This document shows positions 38,075 through 52,128 of a stretch of DNA of 64,000 nt, one piece after another. The DNA lies in assembly GCA_002633005.1 (NCBI GenBank), contig NMRA01000037.1:372001-436000 (forward strand), written 5' to 3'. The first letter of the stretch is position 1, and each line of letters begins with the position of its first letter. This DNA is from Phoronis australis. Its lineage: Eukaryota > Animalia > Phoronida. The translations under genes were made by a program, and so were the position numbers. The notes beneath the pieces were generated by a model. It saw only the letters and a program-made list of their open reading frames with translations. It did not search any database and was not told the DNA's origin.

Positions 38075-41000
38075 TCATTTGCACGTTACAGATATGCGGG
38101 CAATGGAACTGATTAGTTTTTTATCTTCATAGTGAATATAAAACACGTTCAAATTTATGATTCATAGATGTTGTCTATGGTGCTCAGTCATCGTGGCGAC
38201 CGCCCCGGGCATCCACGCTGAGGAGGGGGTATCCAACCACTATGTTGTATAATCTTTTTGGAAATAGTGACTGAATTGCAGTTGAATTAAATAAAGATTC
38301 TAGTTTATGTATCATCTTTTTACTTTTATCATTAATTTTACTTTTATCATTAATAGTACGGGCACGTAGCCAGGAGGGTTCGGGGGATTCGATCGAACTC
38401 CTCTCCCGCTCAAAAGGTCCAGTCCGGCGACCATATTCGTTGAAGATAGGATATAAATGGACAACAACAACAAAATTGTTGCAGCTACTGGTGCTACTAA
38501 CTACAATGATAACTGAATTAGTAATAATTTTGAATTTGCTTCAGATTCAAAGCGCTTCACGTGGCATCGGGCCGTACTCGGCCAACTTTGCCCGAGTGCC
38601 GCTGTTTGTGTAGATGACAGAATCGTGCATACGATAAAAGGAGGCTTTATGTTATTCATAGGCCACGCGCGTCGTGGCTACACCAAAGGCTAACAAGGGC
38701 AGTCTAGAAGTGAATATCTATACCTAAGCATAAAAGTCCTAGCCCTACGACCTAAGTAAGCTACATGTATATAGAACGAAAGAGCTCCCAAAAAGTAGTG
38801 CGGTGTGAATGCCTTAAACTCGACCAAGAAACAAAACAGCAAAAATTTGAGATCTGACGTGCGTTCAGTAGACGCTAGGACCTACGCTAGGACCTACGCT
38901 AGGACCTACGCTAGGACCTACGCTAGGACCTACGCTAGGACCTACGCTAGGACCTACGCTAGGACCTACGCTAGGACCTACGCTAGGACCTACGCTAGGA
39001 CCTACGCTAGGACCTAGCTAAAACCTAGTCAAAGTCACGCGTTCTCATTTAAAATACACCGCAATATCTCACGTAATCTCGCGAAGTCTTGCTTTTTAGC
39101 GAGGTCCTAGCGTTACTGAACGGCAGGCTGTTGTTCAGCTATTTTGGTTTAATTGCATGCATAGTACGGTAGAAGTAGTACGATAGAATTTGGCATTGAA
39201 AGTGATCGTCAAATACGCAAATATGTGAACCTTCGGAATAGTGAAGCTTCCGAGTGGTAAACCTTCGAAATAGTGGGCTGTTCCCATTTCCAGCGATGTA
39301 AGCAACTTAAGAAACTTTACCCGTTGGAAACGTCAGCATAAACTGCATGATACGGACTCCATATACTCGATTGTGACTTATATATATCGTTTACTGTACA
39401 AATTGTCTTGTTTCACATTTGTTTGCTGTTTCATTTCAGTATTGAGTTATTTTATGTTTGCCTGATTTATTTTGCATTTCGACTATTTCTGTTATTTTCA
39501 ACATTTTCAATTTTCGCGCCCGGGGAGAATATTGGAATGGGTTTATGACAGTGTTTCATGGTTTATTAGTTTAGATATTTCCTTGTACGTTATCTATTAT
39601 TGAGTGAAGACATTCTTGGAACATCTACTTACTTCTTCATGGAATAGATCTTAGTTCATTACATTTGTTTCATGTCCTTGCTTTCTGTAGATTTCAGTTG
39701 ATTTGATAAACCCTCTGTTATGCTAGGTGTTTATATGCTTAGTGACATTGTTAACCTATTGTATTCACTGACATACCTGCAGCAGCTTAACTCTGTAATC
39801 CTAGTCAGCTGCTTCTATTGTTAAGACTTGACTTTTATTTGCAGGCATCCCAGCCCAGGCTTCTTCCCCATTGATTAGTTTTGTATTTGGCACACATTCT
39901 GATTGGTCGAATAGGTTCACTTGCAAGTTATATACAATATCTTTATACTACCACACCAGAAGCTTTTAATACATCATATCCAACACGTGTGTTTTTCTCT
40001 ACGAACCACCTCGGGTTTTTGTCACTGCACAATAAAACCCCACATCTTATGGACCCTGGCACACAATTCCTTCAATCGGCACATCTTTAATGGAATACCT
40101 GTAACATCCTTTTTGGACCAACACTGACGTGGATTTCGGATAGTCTACTGGGCAATTCTGTTTCGATATTCTCGTGATACACGTGGGCTTGAATGCCTTC
40201 TTTATTTTTACTCGATTCGCTCTAAGTAGCATTTCAGAAGCGGTTCACAACAGGTTCATTCTCCACTAATAAAAAGCAGATGTGAGAGATATTCATAAGA
40301 ATGCGATATCAGGGGCTGGTCTTAAAAAGTGTTCTCACCGATTGTGTCACTTTAAATTCCCGGTCACACTGAGTAACACGGTTATTTGATAAGTGACTTC
40401 TCTACAATTTGATAGCAGCACTATCCACGGGTTGGAAACAATTCCACTCATAGCACGTCCCAAAAATGCTCCATACAGGGTGGCCAAACTCCAGTCTTGG
40501 AACCAGAGCAGTTGAGGTACATGTATCTGCAAAAAAAAACCGAGTGACAAAGCCAGAAACAGCTAGCCCTACTGCGAGATGCACTAGAACTCCCTGAGAC
40601 CTGCGAGCAAAAAGTATGACGTATCTCGGCTTAGCCGTTGACGACAGCGCAGTGCCTAACCCAGCTGATTTCCAATTATAGTCCTTGAAATTCTACGTAA
40701 TATACATTTAGAACTCTTCTTTGGAATTATGGTGATGTCTGGGTAAAAGTCCTTTGGTTCTCCGGTAAACCAGTCAAGCTCACGGCCGACACAGGCCAAC
40801 CTGGCTTCTCAAGCCTTCTGCCGACGCGGCCATCCATTATTCTGCGTTGACTACCTCCCACCAAAATGATGATTGCACGGCAGAATCCGATCTGTAGTAA
40901 GTTGCAATCAGCAACTGAGTATTTTTGCTTCCATTTCTAGTGTAGAAAATATAGCCGAGCTCAGCAATCCCAATATGTCAATGAAATTATTCTGTGCCAA

Positions 41001-44000
41001 AGACGCGACGCACGCTCCCGATCTCTGCATTTGAATCACTGGCGATGTGTCGATTCCTTTTATTTAGTTGTGATTTGTTAAACTTACATATTGGGCAAAC
41101 AAAACTGGCAGACCTCATTCACGATATGCCGCAAATAACACATTTTCACGAAAGACGTCGCTCTAGTCGGTTGGCTTACGTAGTAAAGTGGCAAATAACA
41201 ATGTAGATACACATTTTTTACTATGGCATTCGTGGAGACGACAATGACACAGAAACCACAGTTACTCATAATGCCCAGTCCTCTGAAGCCATTGTAAGTC
41301 AGTAGTGGGGGGGNTCATTTGCACGTTACAGATATGCGGGCAATGGAACTGATTAGTTTTTTGTCTTCATAGTGAATATAAAACACGTTCAAATTTATGA
41401 TTCATAGATGTTGTCTATGGTGCTCAGTCATCGTGGCGACGGCCCCGGGCATCCACGCTGAGGAGGGGGTATCCAACCACTATGTTGTATAATCTTTTTG
41501 GAAATAGTGACTGAATTGCAGTTGAATTAAATAAAGATTCTAGTTTATGTATCATCTTTTTACTTTTATCATTAATTTTATTTTTATCATTAATAGTACC
41601 GGCCCGTAGCCAGGAGGGTTCGGGGGATTCGATCGAACTCCTCTCCCGCTCAAAAGGTCCAGTCCGACCATATTCGTTAAAGATAGGATATACATGTAAA
41701 TGGACAACAACAGCAAAATTGTTGCAGCTACTGGTGCTACTAACTACAATGATAACTGAATTAGTAATAATTTTGAATTTGCTTCAGATTCAAAGCGCTT
41801 CACGTGGCATCGGGCCGTACTCAGCCAACTTTGCCCGAGTGCCGCTGTTTGTGTAGATGACAGAATCGTACATACGATAAAAGGAGGCTTTATGTTATTC
41901 ATAGGCCACGCGCGTGGTGCCTACACCAAAGGCTAACAAGGGCAGTCTAGAAGTGAATATCTATACCTAAGCAAAAAAGTCTAGCCCTACGACCTAAGTA
42001 AGCTACATGTATATAGAACGAAAGAGCTCCCAAAAAGTAGTGCGGTGTCACGGTGAATGCCTTAAACTCGACCAAGAAACAAAACAGCAAAAATTTGAGA
42101 TCTGACGTGCGTTCAGCAGACGCTAGTACCTAGCTAAAACCTAGTCAAAGTCACGCGTTCTCATTTAAAATACAGGCTGTTATTCAGCTATTTTGGTTTG
42201 CATAGTACGGTAGAAGTTGTACGGTAGAAGTTGGCATTGAAAGTGATCGCCAAATACGCAAATATGTCGAACCTTCGGAATAGTGAAGCTTCCGAGTGGT
42301 AAACCTTCGAAATAGTGGGCTGTTCCCATTTCCAGCGATGTAAGCAACTTAAGAAACTTTACCCGTTGGAAACGTCAGCATAAACTGCATGATACGGACT
42401 TCATATACTCGATTGTGACTTATATATATCGTTCACTGTACAAATTGTCTTGTTTCACATTTGTTTGCTGTTTCATTTCAGTATTGAGTTATTTTATGTT
42501 TGCCTGATTTATTTTGCATTTCGACTATTTCTGTTATTTTCACCATTTTCAATTTTCGCGCCCGGGGAGAATATTGGAATGGGTTTATGACAGTTTTTCA
42601 TGGTTTATTAGTTTAGATATTTCCTTGTACATATTAAGTTTAAAGTTATCTATTTTTGAGTGAAGACATTCTTGGAACATCTACTTACTTCTTCATGGAA
42701 TGGATCTTAGTTCATTACATTTGTTTCATGTCCTTGCTTTCTGTAGATTTCAGTTTAGTGATTTGATAAACCCTCTATTATGCTAGGTGTTTATATGCTT
42801 AGTGATATTGTTAACCTATTGTATTCACATACCTGTAGCAGCTTAACTCTGTAATCCTAGTCAGCTGCTTCTATTGTTATGACTTGACTTTTATTTGCAG
42901 GCATCCCAGCCCAGGCTTCTTCCCCATTGATTAGTTTTGTATTTGGCACGCATTCTGATTGGTCGAATAGGCCGGTTCACTTGCAAGTTATATACAATAT
43001 CTTTATACTACCACACCAGAAGCTTTTAATACATCATATCCAACACGTGTGTTTTTCTCTACGAACCACCTCGGGTTTTTGTCATTGCACAATAAAACCC
43101 CACATCTTATGGACCCTGGCCCGCAATTCCTTCAATCGGCACATCTTTAATGGAATACCTGTAACATCCTTTTTAGACCAACACTGACGTGGATTTCGGA
43201 TAGTCTACTGGGTAATTCTGTTTCGATATTCTCATGATACTCGTGGGCTTGAATGTCTTCTTTATTTTTACTCGATTCGTTCTAAGTAGGATTTCAGAAG
43301 CGGTTCACAACAGGTTCATTCTCCACTAATAAAAAGCAGATGTGAGAGATATTCATCAGAATGCGATATCAGGGGCTGGTCTTAAAAAGTGTTCTCACCG
43401 ATTGTGTCACTTTAAATTCCCGGTCACACTGAGTTACACGGTTATTTGATAAGTGACTTCTCTACAATTTGATAGCAGCACTATGATCCACGGGTTGGAA
43501 ACAATTCCACTCATAGCCCCTCCCAAAAATGCTCCATACAGGGTGGCCAAACTCCAGTCTTGGAACCAGTGCAGTTGAGGTACATGTATCTGCAAAAAAA
43601 AAACCGAGTGACAAAGCCAGAAACAGCTAGCCCTACTGCGAGATGCACTAGAACTCCCTGAGACCTGCGAGCAAAAAGTATGACGTATCTCGGCTTAGCC
43701 GTTGACGACAGCGCAGTGCCTAACCCAGCTGATTTCCAATTATAGTCCTTGAAATTCTACGTAATATACATTTAGAACTCTTCTTTGGAATTATGGTGAT
43801 GTCTGGGTAAAAGTCCTTTTGTTCTCCGGTAAACCAGTCAAGCTCACGGCCGACACAGGCCAACCTGGCTTCTCAAGCCTTCTGCCGACGCGGCCATCCA
43901 TTATTCTGCGTTGACTACCTCCCACCAAAATGATGATTGCACGGCAGAATCCGATCTGTAGTAAGTTGCAATCAGCAACTGAGTATTTTTGCTTCCATTT

Positions 44001-44377
44001 CTAGTGTAGACAATATAGCCGAGCTCAGCAATCCCAATATGTCAATGAAATTATTCTGTGCCAATGACGCGACGCACGCTCCCGATCTCTGCATTTGAAT
44101 CACTGGCGATGTGTCGATTCCTTTTATTTAGTTGTGATTTGTTAAACTTACATATTGGGCAAACAAAACTGGCAGACCTCATTCACGATATGCCGCAAAT
44201 AACACATTTTCACGAAAGACGTCGCTCTAGTCGGTTGGCTTACGTAGTAAAGTGGCAAATAACAATGTAGATACACATTTTTTACTATGGCATTCGTGGA
44301 GACGACAATGACACAGAAACCACAGTTACTCATAATGCCCAGTCCTCTGAAGCCATTGTAAGTCAGTAGTGGGGGGG
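38075..44377 (+). repeat. Tandem duplication (38075-41313 / 41315-44377) joined at an N; probable uncollapsed alleles
   Basis: Both copies begin tcatttgcacgttacagatatgcggg and end gtcagtagtggggggg; the junction is the n at 41314; scattered SNPs and indels between copies. Confidence 0.95.
38856..39129 (+). mobile_element. MITE family C copy containing 12 perfect 12-bp repeats (acgctaggacct, 38872-39015)
   Basis: TIR cgttcagta.acgctaggacct / aggtcctagcgttactgaacg; other copies at about 42106-42178 (internally deleted), 48492-48645 and 58694-58841. Confidence 0.9.
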
Positions 44378-45053
44378 AGGAGGTGCATTTTCTCACCTGG
44401 CCCTCCCCTACAAAGAACTAGCCACACCGTCACTGTCCACAGACTGTACATTTGTCATCAAACTATAGCCTACTGCTTACGGTAGAATTATCACAATTCA
44501 TTATGTAAAAATTACAGAATAGTAACAAAATAACACACAAGGTGTTTTAATTAGTATTCTCTACAGTCGATCCAGATGTGGAAATCAACGACATTACAAA
44601 CTTGGTCAACTCACACGATCAGTTTCAAGTAAGTCAAGAACTGCAAAGGCTTTATATTTGGATTTGGACCGGAGTTGTAACTAATGAGATGAAAATTTGT
44701 CGAAGTGCCTTCTATAACGCACTCATTGAACTGTCAGGTAAAAGGTTATTAAGAACGTTTGTAATGTATATGTGAGCATGTGAATAAAGCAAGCTAACGT
44801 CACTTGTCGAAATCGTTTGAATTTCTTAACACCGTAGTAACGTTTTCCAAAAACACGTAGTCTAGAAAAACGTGATGGGATTTCTGAGCTAAGAGTTTTT
44901 CTATAGTTATCACCGAGTCCGACAATTAACCGAAGTTTACTAAGCCACATTAAAGGGATACTAAATCCTATTTTAGCCAAGAAATGCTGATAACGCCAGA
45001 TCGTATATTAATGTAAATGTGCGGCCTACAGGTGGCGCGCTGATCAGACTTAA

Positions 45054-47451
45054 AGGAGCATACCACCCAAACAACTTAGTTTGTATCAGTTTAGATCGAG
45101 TAGTTCCACTCGGTAACAGCAAGTACAGCTCTTTTACCCGACACCTGACGGCAGACGGAGGTGTTGAAATTAACCAATGACGTCAGAGGTTCGAATGTAG
45201 TCTGTTCAGCAGTTCACAACACGCTTACTCGGGTGTCAGCTTATCGCTTGATTTCATCGTTTTACACCAATAAATCATCAAAATTCGATGTAAAACCCTT
45301 ACAAATACGTCGAGTAATTGAACAAACGTGTAATTTTATTTCGCTGTTACGGATTTTTAGGTTTAGGTATTTGGATGTACCGTAGCCTACAAAGTTCGAT
45401 CGGTAGCCGGGCCAATTTACTAAGGTCGGTCGCGGGAGTTTGGGGTCTGTTCGGTGATAAATTCAAATTATTCGTCCGTGAAATACAGACAGGAGAACAT
45501 AGATGTGTGTTGAAATTTTAGACTTGCGATTGTTTTTAGTTCCAAACACACGAAACGCTTGCTATCCTGGCCAATCATTGGCCGCGAGTCGGAACCCGAT
45601 CGATCAGGCTCATATCGCGGCCGGAATGAAGACATCACGAACACTAAACCAGCCAAAGTTGGAAACTAAACTTCCAGTCACGAAAAGGCTACACTAGTGA
45701 GCCACAGAAAAAAATGTGCACGTGGTTATTTTGGTGAATTAGCCGCGAAACGTCAGGGCAAAAGTCAGTGTACACTAGCAATGATTCGAATATTGCATAT
45801 AGATTATTACATGGCGAAGTCGTTATCCCCCGTTATCTAGAGACCGAGTGGATTTTGAAGAATTATCACCCTCGGGGCGTAGATAAGGGGGCTAACGACT
45901 GAGAACGTGTAACAATCTATTTACACCACATATTGAACAAGAAACATTGCAATGAATCGATCTACCTTTCTCGACTCGCCTCGGCTTTGTAACTACTTTC
46001 TATGTCAGAGGCCCGGGGTCGGAGGTCGTGACCTGTTAAGAAAAGCCGAGCTATTTTTGTCAAATAATGCTTTTACTCAAAACCAATTGAAAAATAAAAC
46101 AAAATAGAAATAAAGTGAATCTATAAATTAAGGTTTAGCAACTATTATAGCTTACTACACATGTTACCACGCTAAGCTTCGACCAGGAAAATATCGTCTG
46201 CTAAAGTAGGTTACCACTAGTAACTGACTATAATGCTCAAGTCAAAGGATCTCGACGACACGATACCCGAATTCAAATTGGAGATCAGTGATTTACAAGT
46301 GAGAACGCGAGAGAAAAATTCCACTGAATTAGAATATCGTTTTTATGGAAATTATGCGTCTTATTTTTCATAGCGTATAAACATCGGTGCAATACCCTTT
46401 GCTGAACATGGATTGTTGCGCGTGCTCATTTAAGTATTTTATTTTCACGTTCGATGACGTCAGCCGCTGAGTGGTGTAGTGGTAAAGTCGGCGACTCAAA
46501 ACTCTTGAGGCCCGGGTTCGCATCCGGCCTCGGTTTCCCGCCAAAATGTTATCTCACTAGTGAGATAACTTTATGGGCTATTACACGGTTGTATCTGCCA
46601 TTCGAGGTGGTATAGATATGAATATCGTTAGGTTTCACAGGCTAAACCGGGATACACTGATCAAGAAATAATAGAGAGGCCCCGTGAACGTGCATAAGGA
46701 CAACGGAACACAATAGTTCCGCCAACCGTTTGAATGACTTGTCATGGTGTCAGTGAGCTAACTGCACGATAATGCAAACGACTGACGCTTAGGTTTGCTG
46801 CCACGAAATTCCGCAAGTGAAACGCCTTCTTGGAGAAGTGCAGATGTGTCTCACGAACGATCCTGATTTTGCACCGCATCTAAACAGAGGTGTGCTGACG
46901 ACGTTTCAGTTAGGGCTGAGAAAAAGAACTGGCGAAAACACTCTACGCTCAGAGGACCCGCGTTAACATAAGCCTCACCAACAAGTCAGTCATCAAATAG
47001 GTTATATAAAACTTTATGTTCTCACGCCTTGAATTAATTGTAATTGTTTATGTTTTCATGGCCAGTTACAATTTTCCATAATCAAAAACTGATCTACAAC
47101 CGATCCGACGAAATGCCGGCAGGCCACTGACAGACACGGAGAAGCCTCACGGCCTCATACTTGATTGCCAACTTTTCATTCTTCACTACCGCGAGCCACT
47201 CTCGAGGAAATCGAAAAAAAACATATACCCGCTTTCTTCGCAGCTTCATAGTTCGCACAAGGGGGGACGATACACCACACCATAGCGGCACTCACTCTGC
47301 AGAAGAACTACTGACGTCGCTGCGTCGTTTCCCACCTTCCTCACAGGTCAACACGACACCTCTCGGCGAGGTAAGATATACCGTAAACTGTGGAACATGA
47401 TAGAACGATTAAGGGTGTAAAAAGACTAATTAAATCGGGTGGCATTCTCCT
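45054..47451. mobile_element. About 2.4-kb non-autonomous Kolobok-like element
   Basis: ttaa|aggagcataccaccc ... gggtggcattctcct|ttaa: imperfect 15-bp TIR, TTAA TSD and AG termini; no transposase seen. Confidence 0.7.
46466..46535 (+). other. tRNA-like Pol III cassette (pseudo-tRNA or SINE head), not a functional tRNA
   Basis: A box tggtgtagtgg and B-box-like ggttcgcatcc with tRNA spacing and a CCGG T-stem, but the anticodon stem ggcga/ctctt does not pair. Confidence 0.55.
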
Positions 47452-48491
47452 TTAAACATGTTTGCGAACGACTACGAATTGCCCACACAGTTAATTCTGA
47501 TACTATCGAAGCTTCGATGTTAATTATGGTTAACCGCGAAGTAAGCGATAGTGTTCGCATCAGCTTCAGAGTTAAAATAGTCAGAAAAATTGTTCAGCGA
47601 AGTTATCACAAGGCCAACGCTAATTTGACCAAGAAGTCTATGTGCCCTTGCCAATTTCACTCAAAAGTTGTGAAGCGTTGTGGATGAGTTGAATCGGCTC
47701 CCACTGCCTCACTCCTGAGTCAAACCACAGGCTCCGCCGCGCTCCACGTTGTGGCACAACGATTATGTGCTTAGCTGAATAATGTTTTGGTCTCTCACTT
47801 AGCCTTGGCCGTCATAATAATATCATGGGTCCTCGGGCACATCTGTTTACTGCGGGGACCCCTGTTGTACCAACTGAATATTTATAGCTATAAAAAATCG
47901 TAAACTGCGGTGTACCAACAAGTACATGGGTATTTCTCAGTAGACCTGTCGCTACGTCAACAGCAAGGGACATCAATAGTTGACGAACCACGGTTTAATG
48001 TTTGAACAAATGAGTATGGAGTGCCAGTCTCGTATCAAAAAAAAAACCTAAAACAACCCCACCTCATGTTGACCAGCCGCCAAATTAGACTACCTGAAAA
48101 CAAAATGACGATATGTTAATTAGCTGATTTCGAGTTACGTCAGTAAAATTGGGACAACCAATCACAGCATTTTTAAGTTATCCTCCATTGTATTTAGAGC
48201 GAAAGGTCGCCAGAGTATTGCTGCCCGGTTTTCCCGTGGTTAACGCTATAACGATAAGGAATGGCGAGGCATTGTAATGGTGGTGATTGCGACAACCTTT
48301 TTTCGTCTGAAGTCCCTGCTGCCAGACAGCGTACAATATCATGATTTTGGCTAAAATCACAACAAAAGGGTAGCATTTTCAACACAAATCTCTGAGGAGA
48401 ATATGATTTAGTCCCGCTCTGATATTTATCAGAGTCTCCTGCACAGACCCTCGAGGTTTCCGTGACGTCAGCTTGTGAGGCCCGGGAACCA

Positions 48492-48645
48492 GGCGTGCGT
48501 TCAGTAGACGCTAGGACCTACGCTGAGGACCTAGCTAAAACCTAGTCAAAGTCACGTGTTCTCATTTAAAATACTTGGCAATACCTCACGTAATCTCGCG
48601 AAGTCTTGCTTTTTAGCGAGGTCCTAGAGTTACTGAACGGGAGGC
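48492..48645 (+). mobile_element. MITE family C copy (about 2 repeat units)
   Basis: gcgtgcgttcagtagacgctaggacctacgctgaggacctagct...tactgaacgggaggc. Confidence 0.85.
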
Positions 48646-48687
48646 AGGTTAATATTTATCACGTACACACCGGAAGTATGTTGCATG

Positions 48688-49334
48688 TGTAACGGGGCGG
48701 TATCTACGACCAAGGCGCCCCGATTTTACGAGCCCGGCGGGGTGCGGATTGAGGGTGATATTGAAAACTAAAAGTTGGTGAATAATACATAGGTTTATTG
48801 TAAGAATATATAACTAAAATATTTCACACTTATAAGCAATCCAGTTGTTCCATGATTTAGTATCGCAGCGTTGTGAGTTCTCTAGTGATACACGGGCAAG
48901 CCAGTCGCTGATTGTGTGTGCAAGAACGGGGCAATTTGGTTATTGGCAGATCCGAAAGGTGAGATGCAATCAAGCTCGGGAGGAGCCCGAGAATTGCTGG
49001 GGCTAAACTATTGGCAACCAAGTTCGGGCCGGAGGAGCCCGAATGAGCTGCACAAACAGTTGAAATTTGGTGTGAGTGAAGGTGTAAATGTTTGCTTCTT
49101 GAACTCTGCGACTGGACTCCTCGAGTCTGACAGAGACAAAGCTTAAGTACACAATTTCAACCAATCAGACACGATCTGAAGGGCAAGGCCCATAGTAGCT
49201 CCTATAGGTTCTGACCATATTTGGCCATGTCCAAAGGACTGGAAATCATAGGAAAATTCCATACGTAGTACACAGCTTGACCACTAGAGGGGGCATATAT
49301 CTTACATAATCATGTCCAGGGCACTCCTGTTACA
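48688..49334 (-). mobile_element. Solo LTR (Ty3/Gypsy-like), 647 bp
   Basis: Termini tgtaacgggg / cctgttaca (TG..CA with a short inverted repeat); CATG on both sides (48684-48687, 49335-49338, 4-bp TSD); minus-strand AATAAA near 48794. Confidence 0.85.
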
Positions 49335-51726
49335 CATGCTTTCAGAACGCGATCACTGCAAGGAGGGGTTCGATCGTATCCCCGCTATGGAAAACTCGTG
49401 TGCCAACGTTCGGTAACTTACTCGCGATTGTGGCGAGCTCCCTCCTGGTTGTCTTTACAACATTTTTTTTCACGAGGGACCACCTATATATATATGTTCA
49501 AAGATGGCCGCATACTCATTCTCCAAAAAGTTGCGGGAAGGAGATTCTTTTCATCTCCGTTTTCGGGATCGGCACGGGGTCTAATATAGGCCTGCCCCCA
49601 AAATTTTGTGTCAGCCATGCGATAATCCCAGGGGATTTCAAGAATTCACGTTCCCACCAGTGATAGGCGTTTACAAAAGTCTCTACTGTTTGTTCTTTAA
49701 TTAATATTCATGTACGTTCTTCTCAATCTTTTCCTGTACACTAAATGCGCATATGGGTGAGAACCCCAATTGTTACGCTATTAACTCTAGGCGAGAAGTT
49801 GTTGGTAACTGAGATATATACACTAACACCACGTAAGCTGTGGTTACGAAATAAAACGAGTCCCGAACTGCGTTCAACCAATATATTTTAGTTTGAAAAG
49901 CACGTTTCATCAGTAGGCCTACATCAGAACTCGGGCTAGAGTTCTGTGAGTAAACAAAGTGATTGGGGCCATCGCGAATGTATTGCTCACAAGGTTCGAA
50001 CTCGTTGGAGTTCAAGAGGTGAGTGGGAGGCAAACAAATTAAATAAGTCAATAGACCTTTTTTGAATTAATTGAATATGAGAGCCTATAGGGCCTATGAA
50101 AGTTTGCTGGCCCGCCCATCCAGTAAATTCTAAAAGTTACAAGTTTGGTATCCTCTTAAGCCCAAAGTCATAATTTGACTGACAAACAGAAAGTGTTCAG
50201 CCAAAAGAAAGATTCAGGTCAACTTTTACTGAAATGCAGGATGAATTTCCTAGAAATTCTAGATTGTTTATTGGTGTGCACCCAGTGGCAACGTGATGGT
50301 TCACACGAACGCCAGGTAATGTACGAATGGTATTTCCGCATTCGGAAAAGCGACTTAAATTCGTGACCTGTGACACGTATTTTGGCAACTAGCCTATTCG
50401 TCGCTGTTTACAAACTTCCAGTTGACCGCACCGTTTGCGATATGACCTCCCCGGCTGGATGAACCTGATAAACTCGAGTCAAGTCGGTACCGTAGCTGTT
50501 CACTAGAAATCTACATTTCATTTTTACAGAAAAAATACAAGTCAAATGGTTTTATTCTTACTATCTCGCCCCGTGGGTTTGGTGTCTCAATAGGCAAATT
50601 ATCCCTAGAGTGTGAAAGCATTGTGTATTAAAATACTACTGATGTAGGCCTATTTATTGAGAAGGCCTAGGGAGTTTTACACAGTTGTCTGAGAGGTGAC
50701 TCGGCCAAAAGCACCTTTGTTGGCCTAAGAAATTTTGCTTGGCCATTAGCATCGCAAACGAAATCAACTTGAATGACCCAGCTGAAGTAGCGATTCATGT
50801 ATACATGAGGTCCTTTTCAGTTGATTTCGTTTGCAGTAGTTTGATATGAATCGAACTAAAGCCGCCCAGGGGTGGCCATGAATCTTACAAAAATGGATGA
50901 TACTTTCGGACTCCTAATTACTTGTCGGTAGTCTGCTTAGGCATGAAGACCTTTTCAGGTTTAGAAAGGACCGATCGTAGACATAGCCGGCTCACCGACG
51001 GAGCCTGGTTGACAACGGCGTATGAATAAAGAGAAATGTCCCATCAACAGTACGTTTATGGCATTGGCATGTTCCCTGAGACACGCTGAACCGTGGGATT
51101 CTGGGTTTTTGAATACATTTTTTCTTAGTGAGTTTTCGTCGCAAGGTCGTGTCGACGTCGGATATCCTTATTAACCGACAAACGCAGCCCGGTTTTGCCC
51201 CACTCTAAGTTGAACATAACACAATACGTATAAACAACACATAGAGATAAGGTAACGATAACTTCGTTGACCTTCCGCAAAAAGCAAACAAAAACTGCAT
51301 TGCCTAAATCCTACTGTTGTGCCGTTCCCATTGTTTTGTACGTGACTGGAGTTCCCGCGTAATCCACACTAACCTTACTAATATTTTGAGGTCACGACCA
51401 TGACCTTCATGTCTCGGTAATCTATAAATAAGTCAGGTAATACGCGCACTGCACAATACCGCAAAACTACAACCCCAAGTTGAGAACGAATAAGTCACTC
51501 GCCACTTCGACAGGGCAAAGGAGGCCATACAGATTGTACTCAGACTAAGAGCGTTTGTTAGTAATCCTGTCACATCATGGCGATGGCAATTCAGTCGTAC
51601 CTTTTCAAAGACGACTCGCCTGGAAGTGAGACACAGGTATCTATCGAGGTGAGTATCCCGTTATATTCCTGAGGAGTGCTAGTGATTTGACCAGTTAAAC
51701 AATAAAAATTAAGCCACTGTTTCCCA

Positions 51727-51972
51727 ATGCGCGCACTAGCCCAAAATATAGGGGGTTCGAATTTTTCGGTATGCGGACCTTTTAGTAAAAAAAAGAAAAC
51801 GGGGACAAAATACGGGGTACTTGGTTCAGACCTATGAATTGTGCATTCGCGCCGAATTCCTGTGTACTTTTGTCTCGTTTTCTCGGAGTTTTTGTTTCTC
51901 TGAGGCGGACTTTTTTGCCCACTTCGCCAAATGAGGGGGCTCATTCGAGCTCCCCCCCCTAGGTGCGCGCAT
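51727..51972 (-). mobile_element. MITE family A copy
   Basis: Reverse complement of the family A consensus (ttttgcccacttcgccaaatg...ggtgcgcgcat). Confidence 0.85.
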
Positions 51973-52128
51973 AAATTTGACCAGTCAGTCCTTTTTCCAC
52001 CTCAGTGAATAGCAGTGGCGGATTTAAGGGGGCTGCAAGAGGGCCTCTTCATACACGATGTGTGGACTGGCAACTGCTGCTGTAGACGCTAGTGCTCTGT
52101 AGATTCACTGCATCCTACTGCCATGGAC

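Noticed and set aside
38805-39017. ORF with (ARTY)n repeats / CRISPR-like array
   Set aside because: Contiguous 12-bp units without spacers inside a MITE; eukaryotic context and no cas genes; the ORF is a by-product of the repeat.
39840-41200. Possible decayed minus-strand spliced transposase inside the duplicated block
   Set aside because: Some exon-like segments are present, but all frames are interrupted and I could not assign any motif with confidence.
46466-46535. Functional tRNA-Leu(CAA) or tRNA-Sec
   Set aside because: The anticodon stem does not pair and there is no long variable arm.
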